This document shows, in pieces, positions 17,815 through 24,212 of a DNA stretch of 43,276 bases. The notes under the pieces were generated by a model that worked only from the letters and a program-made list of their open reading frames with translations, was not told the origin of the DNA and did not search any database. A program made the position numbers and the translations under genes. Each line of letters opens with the position of its first letter. Within the stretch, counting starts at the first letter, position 1. The DNA is taken from NCBI GenBank assembly GCA_947373615.1, contig CANBYN010000001.1, positions 1 through 43,276 on the forward strand. Reading direction: 5' to 3'. Origin of the DNA: Burkholderiaceae bacterium. Lineage in GTDB: Bacteria > Pseudomonadota > Gammaproteobacteria > Burkholderiales > Burkholderiaceae.

Positions 17815-18228
17815 CTACAAGGCATCACTAATTCCCCTTAACCTTTGTACGACATCTAGAAACTCATTTGCTCCTAATAACTTTTTTAGCTTCTTGGTCA
17901 CTTCACCGCTTGCAGCGTTGAGCCCAGCCCTCATGGCCTTAGCCTTCTTGGTGGGATGAATTTCAACTTCACGAGCATCATGTGCTGATGGGAATCTTTC
18001 TATTAGCCCTAAATTCTCGAGCCCATCTAAACCTCGAGATACAGTCGGCTTAGTGATATTCATTTCTTTAGCCAGGACATTTGGATAAGACAGTGGCTTT
18101 TCCAAAACCACCCTTAGCATGAATGCTTGTGAAGGCGTCAACCCAAAAGGTTTAAACGCCAGCGTCCATTCCCGTTCTAACTTACGAGCTAGTGATGTGG
18201 TATTGAAATATAGGCATTGTTCAAACAT
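17815..18228 (-). CDS. MarR family transcriptional regulator
   Basis: FGLTPSQAFML, wHTH (LAKEM.ITKPTVSR.L..LE..GLIER), D.R wing motif. Confidence 0.9.
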   Translation of the reverse strand: MFEQCLYFNTTSLARKLEREWTLAFKPFGLTPSQAFMLRVVLEKPLSYPNVLAKEMNITKPTVSRGLDGLENLGLIERFPSAHDAREVEIHPTKKAKAMRAGLNAASGEVTKKLKKLLGANEFLDVVQRLRGISDAL

Positions 18229-18247
18229 GTAATAATTGTAACATCAT

Positions 18248-18267
18248 TTAGTTAGCTATGCAACTAT
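18248..18267. promoter_or_regulatory. Putative MarR operator upstream of marR (autoregulation)
   Basis: TTAGTTAGCTATGCAACTAT just upstream of a TACAAT -10 box. Confidence 0.75.
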
Positions 18268-18344
18268 TGTAGAGAATACAGTTATAAAAGTCATTATCTG
18301 ACTCTGCTATAGAAAATTAGTTTGTCCTTTTAAAGGATGTTTAA

Positions 18345-18366
18345 TAAAAAGAGGCTAAAGGCCTCT
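18345..18366 (-). terminator. Intrinsic terminator after GNAT gene
   Basis: Minus strand AGAGGC-CTTTA-GCCTCT-TTTTA overlapping the stop codon. Confidence 0.6.
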
Positions 18367-18811
18367 AATCCAGCAAAAGCCTATAAGGGGTCATCTTAGA
18401 CTTCACAAAGCCTTTCTTTTGATAAAAAGATTGGGCTTTTGTATTTTCAATATCCGTTAATAAGGTAATTCGATTACAGGACTCTTTTATTGCCTCGCTA
18501 ACCGCATAATCAATTAACTGGGAACCAATTCCTTTGCCTCTGAATTTTGATAGAACAACCATATCTTCAAGGATGGCTACTTTAGAGCCTAGGGCGGTAG
18601 ATTCCGTAAATAGTAGATTAATCATGCCTAATATTTTTTTATTATCTCTGGCAACTAAAACTATGCCGATCTTTGGATCAAGCATGATTTTGATAAGGGC
18701 TTTTCTTTGAGATTCTGAATGAGGCTCAAACTCTGCCTCTTGCTCAAAAAGAGTCTTCAATAACTCAACGAGTTCCGGAATATCTGAATAGATGGCCCTT
18801 GTAAATTTCAT
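18365..18811 (-). CDS. GNAT family N-acetyltransferase
   Basis: LEDMVV..FRGKGIGSQL, N.KAQSFYQKKGF. Confidence 0.88.
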   Translation of the reverse strand: MKFTRAIYSDIPELVELLKTLFEQEAEFEPHSESQRKALIKIMLDPKIGIVLVARDNKKILGMINLLFTESTALGSKVAILEDMVVLSKFRGKGIGSQLIDYAVSEAIKESCNRITLLTDIENTKAQSFYQKKGFVKSKMTPYRLLLD

Positions 18812-18864
18812 TGGTCAATTTTATTAATCTTGTCATCCCAATCAACGGAATACCGCATGCCATA

Positions 18865-18950
18865 CCAAATGAAACTATTCCAACTAGAGCGCTATTAAAT
18901 TTCTTAGTGGTCCGCGGTGAAATCAACTAGTGATGGGATGTGCAACCCTA
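18865..18950 (-). repeat. att-like repeat copy E
   Basis: Minus strand TAGGGTTGCACATCCCATCACTAG-TTGATTTCACCGCGGACCACTA-AGAAA...TTTCATTTGG; 16/22 to tRNA 3' end. Confidence 0.75.
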
Positions 18951-19394
18951 TTTCTTAGACTTATATTTTTGTATAGCCTCTTTTAAGTCTGAGTATTCCT
19001 CACAGCCAAAGTTGCAGGCCTTGTCTAATCTTGCCAATAATGCCTCAGCACCAGGCAGATCATTATTAATTAACTTTAGCTTCCCGTAATATTCAAGAGC
19101 GCCGCGATGATTTGGATCTATTTTTAAGGCAGCTTGATAGTACTTTTCTGCCCCTGCCAAATCAGGCGGCTGTTTCTTACGAAGACTGTAGCCCATCAAG
19201 TTATTCCAATCGGCTGAACTTGTATCATTGGCACCTTGTAACTGTTTGATGGCCTGATCATATTTTTCGGCTTTAATGCTTGCCCTTGACTCGGTTAACC
19301 AAGTTGGGTCTGACTTAACAGGCGCAGTATCTGCCCCATAAGATAAGCCAACCATTGAAAGGAGCAATAGAAGCACTGAGAGTGTTTTTTTCAT
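18948..19394 (-). CDS. Exported tetratricopeptide-repeat protein (start ATG 19394)
   Basis: MKK signal peptide; ADWNNLMGYSLRK, YYQAALKIDPNHRGALEYYG TPR pattern. Confidence 0.82.
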   Translation of the reverse strand: MKKTLSVLLLLLSMVGLSYGADTAPVKSDPTWLTESRASIKAEKYDQAIKQLQGANDTSSADWNNLMGYSLRKKQPPDLAGAEKYYQAALKIDPNHRGALEYYGKLKLINNDLPGAEALLARLDKACNFGCEEYSDLKEAIQKYKSKK

Positions 19395-19462
19395 TTTATA
19401 GCCTGTAGTTGATAGCCCCTCTTTTATAAACCGATTATTCAATTCCCGCTTGAGAGGAGGAT

Positions 19463-19545
19463 AAATAAAAATCACCCGTAGATGGTTTTGGTATTTCTTG
19501 GTGGTCTTGGACAGAATCGACCAGAGCCAAGGAGGCTTAACCCCA
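19463..19545 (-). repeat. att-like repeat copy D
   Basis: Minus strand TGGGGTTAAGCCTCCTTGGCTCTGG-TCGATTCTGTCCAAGACCACCA-AGAAATACCAAAACCATCTACGGGTGATTTTTATTT; 17/22 to tRNA 3' end. Confidence 0.88.
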
Positions 19546-19546
19546 T

Positions 19547-20503
19547 CTAATAAGTTAGCCCGGCAACATAAGCGTAAAGCGGAATTCCCAGGATGATATT
19601 AAAAGGGAAGGTAATTCCTAAAGACATCCCCATATATAAAGCGGGATTTACTTCAGGAAGAGCGTGCCTTAATACTGCTGGCACAGCAATGTAAGAAGCG
19701 CTGGCGGCAAGCACCATTAATAAAACGGTATCGCCTAGAGGTAAACCCAGCGACTTACAGAGTCCCAATGCGATAGAGGCATGAACTAAGGGGGCCCCAA
19801 TTGCATAAAATAAAGTAATGAGCGGTTTTCCTTTTAATCCCACAAAGTTCTTAGCCGCCATCAATCCCATATCGAGCAGGAAGAAAGCAAGCATCCCCTT
19901 AAATAGGTCGATTGAAAATGGGGCCATTATTTTTTGGCCAGCGTCACCACTCACCAAACCAACCATCATCGAACCCAATAAAAGAAGCTGCGCCCCATCG
20001 GTAAATGATTCGTGAAAAATCTTTGACATACCTACGGACTGTTTTGAATTGGAAGCTGACATCCTCGCTTTGTTTGCTAATAAGATTGCCAGAATAATTG
20101 CGGGCGATTCCATCAAGGCCATTGCGGCAGCCATATGTCCACCAAACGCAATGCCATATTGATCAAGTGCTTGCGTTGCGGTGATAAAAGTAACAGCACT
20201 CACTGAGCCATAAGTTGCGGCAATGGCGGCCGCATCATAGTTATTAAGCTTGGTTCTTAAAACAGCATAACCTATTATAGGAATGATGATTGCTAGAAAT
20301 ATTGCCAGTCCAAGTGCCAAACCAATCTCAAGAGTAAAGCCTGATTTATGAAGTGCAAAGCCGCCCTTCAAGCCCAAAGCCATCAAGAGATATAAGGATA
20401 AAAATCTAGCTATGGGCTGAGGAATTTCTAGATTGGATTTCACTGCACCAGCAAAGGCACCAAAGACAAAGAAGAGAATTGCTGGATCCAAGAGATTACT
20501 CAC
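19547..20503 (-). CDS. sbtA: Sodium-dependent bicarbonate transporter family permease (SbtA-like)
   Basis: LSLYLLMALGLKGG, YGSVSAVTF, MESPAI, ASASYIAVPA, LGITFPFNI. Confidence 0.85.
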   Translation of the reverse strand: MSNLLDPAILFFVFGAFAGAVKSNLEIPQPIARFLSLYLLMALGLKGGFALHKSGFTLEIGLALGLAIFLAIIIPIIGYAVLRTKLNNYDAAAIAATYGSVSAVTFITATQALDQYGIAFGGHMAAAMALMESPAIILAILLANKARMSASNSKQSVGMSKIFHESFTDGAQLLLLGSMMVGLVSGDAGQKIMAPFSIDLFKGMLAFFLLDMGLMAAKNFVGLKGKPLITLFYAIGAPLVHASIALGLCKSLGLPLGDTVLLMVLAASASYIAVPAVLRHALPEVNPALYMGMSLGITFPFNIILGIPLYAYVAGLTY

Positions 20504-20561
20504 GTTTATATCTTAGGTAATTTTAGAAGTCCTTGCATTAGCCCCACATAGTTTGAGGGCT

Positions 20562-20645
20562 AAATGAAAAACCACTCGAAAGTGGCTTTTGGTGTTGCTG
20601 GTGGCCTTAGGTGAAATCGATCGGGCCCGAGGATGCCTAATCCTA
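20562..20645 (-). repeat. att-like repeat copy C
   Basis: Minus strand TAGGATTAGGCATCCTCGGGCCCGA-TCGATTTCACCTAAGGCCACCA-GCAACACCAAAAGCCACTTTCGAGTGGTTTTTCATTT; 17/22 to tRNA 3' end. Confidence 0.92.
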
Positions 20646-21227
20646 CTTTAATACTGCTTTTACTTTCCTTCTAAGAGTCGGCAAAATCTCTTCTTCAAAC
20701 CAGGGATTCTTTTTCAGCCAAATATTATTTCTTGGGCTTGGATGCGGCAAAGGAATGGCCTTGGGCCAATAATTCTTCCATGCCATAACTGTTTCAGTCA
20801 AATTCTCATTATTGCCATCATCTAAATGCCACGCTTGAGCATATTGACCAATAATAATAGTTAGCCTAATGTTTGGCAGTTTTTCTAATAGCTTTACTCT
20901 CCAGGTATCGGCACATTCCGGCCTTGGGGGAAGATCACCCGATTTGCCTGTTCCCGGAAAACAAAAACCCATTGGAAGAAGAGCAATCCTCGTTTCGTCA
21001 TAAAAGACTTCTTTATCAATGCCCATCCATTCTCTTAATCGATCGCCACTAGGATCATTAAATGGAATTCCTGTTTCATGAACTCGGCTACCCGGCGCTT
21101 GGCCAGCTATGAGGATCTTTGCCGAACTACTCACCTGAATAATTGGTCGTGGGCCTAGTGGCAAATGATTGGCACATAAAGTACAGGAGCGAATTTCATT
21201 AACGAGCTTGGTGAGGGATAGGCTCAT
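20643..21227 (-). CDS. Uracil-DNA glycosylase superfamily protein
   Basis: CxxC, GQAPG, F.DPSGDRLR.W, MGFCFPG, DLPPRPEC, PHPSPRN. Confidence 0.88.
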   Translation of the reverse strand: MSLSLTKLVNEIRSCTLCANHLPLGPRPIIQVSSSAKILIAGQAPGSRVHETGIPFNDPSGDRLREWMGIDKEVFYDETRIALLPMGFCFPGTGKSGDLPPRPECADTWRVKLLEKLPNIRLTIIIGQYAQAWHLDDGNNENLTETVMAWKNYWPKAIPLPHPSPRNNIWLKKNPWFEEEILPTLRRKVKAVLK

Positions 21228-21241
21228 CAATTGAGAATACG

Positions 21242-22108
21242 CTATATTGCTTCGTCTGTCGTATCGTGAATCAAAGTCTGATCAATAAAGGCTTTCATCC
21301 CAAATTCATTGGTGCAAAATAGATCCACAAAGCGATGATTCCACCTAATATCCTCAAAGGTGTAGGTATGGTTAGAATGAATTGTTTGAGAAACGGTCTC
21401 ATCTAAACCCTTAACAGTTGCGACTAACGCGAAATCTGCTTTAGATAATTCTTCTTGAGATAACTTTGATAGAGGACTTTTTTCATCGATCGGATGAATC
21501 ACAAGCCAAGTCAATGCCAGCATGGGTGTATGGTTACGGGCCAAGCTTAAATCATATATCCGCCTTATGCTATTACCTTCTTTGGTGATCTCTTGTATGA
21601 ATAGGCTCAACTCAACTTCGGCGCCAATGATGCGGTTGTTTCTTTCATTAGCCATTCTGAACATCAAGGCAGGTTGGCCTTCGAAATTATTCACTATGGC
21701 AGTATTACTAAAGACTACTCTTGACCTTGGCAATGAAATTCTGGCAAATGCAAGAGCCGCAAACATTCCAATACCCAATAAGCCAACCATCGCTTCAATC
21801 GTGACCAAAATATGCCCATAGAGCGTTTGGGGATACATACTTCCATAACCAATAGTGGCTAGAGTTTGAACGCTAAAGAAAAAATACTCTAAAAACCCAA
21901 TGCTCTTAAGCCCTGCGATTGAATCATCCTGCAAGGAATACATGAACCCAAAAAGTAAATTAATGGCAAAAAACACAGCGACAAAAGAAGCCAAAAAACG
22001 AGGCCAGGACATTCGCACCACTAAATGATAAAAATCTATAAAGGCATTTGAAAACAGTGATGTTGAAGATCGCTTAACAGGCGTAGTCATGAAATTATTT
22101 TTATCCAT
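21242..22108 (-). CDS. Prokaryotic inward-rectifier K+ channel (KirBac-like)
   Basis: Slide helix DFYHLV, two TMs, FFFSVQTLATIGYG filter, cytoplasmic domain (LMFRMANER, W.VIHPIDEKSPL). Confidence 0.9.
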   Translation of the reverse strand: MDKNNFMTTPVKRSSTSLFSNAFIDFYHLVVRMSWPRFLASFVAVFFAINLLFGFMYSLQDDSIAGLKSIGFLEYFFFSVQTLATIGYGSMYPQTLYGHILVTIEAMVGLLGIGMFAALAFARISLPRSRVVFSNTAIVNNFEGQPALMFRMANERNNRIIGAEVELSLFIQEITKEGNSIRRIYDLSLARNHTPMLALTWLVIHPIDEKSPLSKLSQEELSKADFALVATVKGLDETVSQTIHSNHTYTFEDIRWNHRFVDLFCTNEFGMKAFIDQTLIHDTTDEAI

Positions 22109-22160
22109 TGAAATAGCTTAACCCATTGCTTCTATCAGCACATTCGAAACACTAAGGCAA

Positions 22161-22244
22161 AAATGAAAACCACCCGAAGGTGGTTTTGGTGTTTCTTGGT
22201 GGCCCCGTGCGGAATCGACAAGGGCTTCAGTATGCCTTACTCTA
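22161..22244 (-). repeat. att-like repeat copy B
   Basis: Minus strand TAGAGTAAGGCATACTGAAGCCCTTG-TCGATTCCGCACGGGGCCACCA-AGAAACACCAAAACCACCTTCGGGTGGTTTTCATTT; 20/22 to tRNA 3' end. Confidence 0.93.
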
Positions 22245-22796
22245 ATGGCTCTTTAAATAATCAATGACCCAAGCTGGGTCGCTATCGCTTGGAAAGATGG
22301 GATAGTGAACCGCCTCGATTACGCCATTATTAGCAATTAAGGTAACTCGCTTTAATAAAGTCATTCCAGCCGCTTCAAAGGTTGGCATATTCAATGCCTT
22401 TTGAAAGTGATGACCCTCATCACTGACAACTGGAAATGGCAGGTGGAGTCTATCAGCCATCTCTTTTTGATATTCAGTAGATTGAACACTTAAACCTACA
22501 ACCTCTGCACCCAATGCTTGAAGTTCTTGATAGTGATCCCTAAACGAACAACTCTGAGGCGTACATCCTCTTGCTCCAGGAATTTGATCCCAACCATCAG
22601 GAAGAGCAACATTGGGTTGCCCTGTCATTGGATAACAGTAGATAACCAACTTACCTTTGATGTCTCCAAAATTAACATTCTTACCATTGGTGGCATTTAA
22701 GGAAACATTGGGTAGTCTCATTCCCTTCAAATGATTGGTTGAACCATCATCTTGAGGAATGGGCAAGTCTGTAGGGAGCTGATTTAGATTTGTCAT
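22242..22796 (-). CDS. Peroxiredoxin (BCP/PrxQ-like)
   Basis: YP...PGARGCTPQSCSFRD, resolving Arg in LKRVTLI. Confidence 0.88.
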   Translation of the reverse strand: MTNLNQLPTDLPIPQDDGSTNHLKGMRLPNVSLNATNGKNVNFGDIKGKLVIYCYPMTGQPNVALPDGWDQIPGARGCTPQSCSFRDHYQELQALGAEVVGLSVQSTEYQKEMADRLHLPFPVVSDEGHHFQKALNMPTFEAAGMTLLKRVTLIANNGVIEAVHYPIFPSDSDPAWVIDYLKSH

Positions 22797-22811
22797 AGAT
22801 GAATTCTATAT

Positions 22812-22893
22812 AAAAACCGCCCATGTGTGGTTTTGGTGTTTCTTGGTGACCCGGGGCGGAATCGAACCAGGGCCGTGGATGCCTGATTTAATC
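22812..22893 (-). repeat. att-like repeat copy A (closest to tRNA)
   Basis: Minus strand AATCAGGCATCCACGGCCC-TGGTTCGATTCCGCCCCGGGTCACCA-AGAAACACCAAAACCAC; 22844-22869 is 25/26 identical to 23984-24009. Confidence 0.95.
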
Positions 22894-23511
22894 TTATTTA
22901 GGTCTATACAACTTAAAGAGTTGTTCCTTGCCAATGGTGAAGTAATCGCCTGGCCCACCACCTCTAAGGACATGTCCTGATTCTGAAGTTTCGTAGATTC
23001 CTTCTTTTAACAAGGCCTTATCAATATGAATATTTACAACCTCACCAAGCACTAACCATGTCTGAGCCTTTTCACCTGAAATACCTTTGAGCTGAATGAT
23101 CTCAGTGCATTTACATTCAAATGCGACCTTGGCGTTGGCAACTCTTGGAGGGGCAACTAATGTTGATTTAGCTTGCTCAAGCCCTGTAGCTTCAAACTCA
23201 CTGACTTCAGGAGGATATGGAGCACACGATTGGTTCATGGCTTCCACTAAATCGAATGTAACTAAGTTCCAAACAAACTCACCTGTCTCTTCAATGTTTC
23301 TTAAGGTATCTTTATAGCCAACACTTGAAAAGCCAATAATCGGAGGGACATAGTTAAAGGCATTAAAGAAACTATATGGCGCCAAGTTCATAACCCCAGC
23401 TTTACTTTGTGTTGAGATCCACCCAATCGGCCTTGGACCCACAATGGCATTAAAAGGGTCATGTGACAAACCATGCCCATTCTTAGGTTCATACGAATAC
23501 ATATCTGTCAT
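22894..23511 (-). CDS. Flavin reductase family protein (DIM6/NTAB)
   Basis: PRPIGWIST, NLAPYSFFN, KDTLRNIEETGEFV.N. Confidence 0.9.
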   Translation of the reverse strand: MTDMYSYEPKNGHGLSHDPFNAIVGPRPIGWISTQSKAGVMNLAPYSFFNAFNYVPPIIGFSSVGYKDTLRNIEETGEFVWNLVTFDLVEAMNQSCAPYPPEVSEFEATGLEQAKSTLVAPPRVANAKVAFECKCTEIIQLKGISGEKAQTWLVLGEVVNIHIDKALLKEGIYETSESGHVLRGGGPGDYFTIGKEQLFKLYRPK

Positions 23512-23534
23512 TTCTATTCCTTAGGCGGCTGGTC

Positions 23535-23900
23535 CTACTTAACTTCTTTTGGATTGAAGTAGGGGTTTTGAATAATTCCAAATCGATTTCCAAATGGGTC
23601 TTTTAATGCGGCGACCATAATGCCTTCACCAACATCAGTCACTGGTTCAAGCGATTCAGCGCCGAGATCCAATAATCTTTGAAAAGCCGTCTCTATATTT
23701 GCTACACCCCACAGTGGTTGTGATCCAGCTGTAGATGATTCGCCCTGTGGCAAAAGTCCAAGCTCAAAACCGCCTACCTGAAAGCCCACATAAAAGGCTT
23801 GATCATAATAGGGTTTCATCTCCAACACTTGTGAATACCAGTCTTTAGCTTTAGCCAAATCATTAACTGGATAGATTGCCGTTCTGAGTCCGAGGATCAT
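23535..23900 (-). CDS. VOC/glyoxalase family protein
   Basis: V.DLAKAKDWY..VL, DVGEGI.VA..KDPFGN.FGI. Confidence 0.88.
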   Translation of the reverse strand: MILGLRTAIYPVNDLAKAKDWYSQVLEMKPYYDQAFYVGFQVGGFELGLLPQGESSTAGSQPLWGVANIETAFQRLLDLGAESLEPVTDVGEGIMVAALKDPFGNRFGIIQNPYFNPKEVK

Positions 23901-23944
23901 ATAAGCCTAATTAGGGTTGCGTTGGTTAAGAATAGCAAACCCCC

Positions 23945-23974
23945 AAATGAAAAAACCACCCGAAGGTGGCTTTT
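23945..23974 (-). terminator. Intrinsic terminator downstream of tRNA-Phe (part of the repeated arm)
   Basis: Minus strand GCCACC-TTCG-GGTGGT-TTTTT, cUUCGg tetraloop. Confidence 0.9.
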
Positions 23975-23983
23975 GGTGTCACT

Positions 23984-24059
23984 TGGTGGCCCGGGGCGGA
24001 ATCGAACCACCGACACAAGGATTTTCAATCCTCTGCTCTACCGACTGAGCTACCAGGCC
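23984..24059 (-). tRNA. tRNA-Phe (GAA)
   Basis: GGCCTGGTAGCTCAGTCGGTAGAGCAGAGGATTGAAAATCCTTGTGTCGGTGGTTCGATTCCGCCCCGGGCCACCA, 76-nt cloverleaf, encoded CCA; TATAAT at 24075-24070. Confidence 0.98.
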
Positions 24060-24212
24060 AAGACTGGGAATTATAAATGAAACTGCATTCCAACCTAAAA
24101 AATGGCCAAACTACAGCTAACTCGACTAATTTGCTAGCAACACAATCCTATAGGGCGGCGCTCTAATAGATTGGGCGAGAATTAATAGCCAAAAATGCCG
24201 TGGCTCGCAATC

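Larger units (their letters stand above)
16394..24009 (-). mobile_element. tRNA-Phe-anchored tandem gene-cassette array (integrase-less additive island)
   Basis: Eight degenerate direct repeats of the tRNA-Phe 3' end plus flanking arms separate 1-3-gene units, all co-oriented with the tRNA. Confidence 0.85.

Noticed and set aside
22844-22869. Second tRNA-Phe gene
   Set aside because: Only the T-arm and acceptor 3' strand are present; D and anticodon arms are absent.
16394-23983. Prophage or ICE at tRNA-Phe
   Set aside because: No integrase, structural, replication or conjugation genes in the interval.
16394-24009. Repeats interpreted as a CRISPR array or a classical integron
   Set aside because: Intervals are mostly 0.6-1.6 kb and contain whole genes; the repeats derive from the tRNA 3' end; no cas or intI gene; no RYYYAAC...GTTRRRY attC ends recognised.
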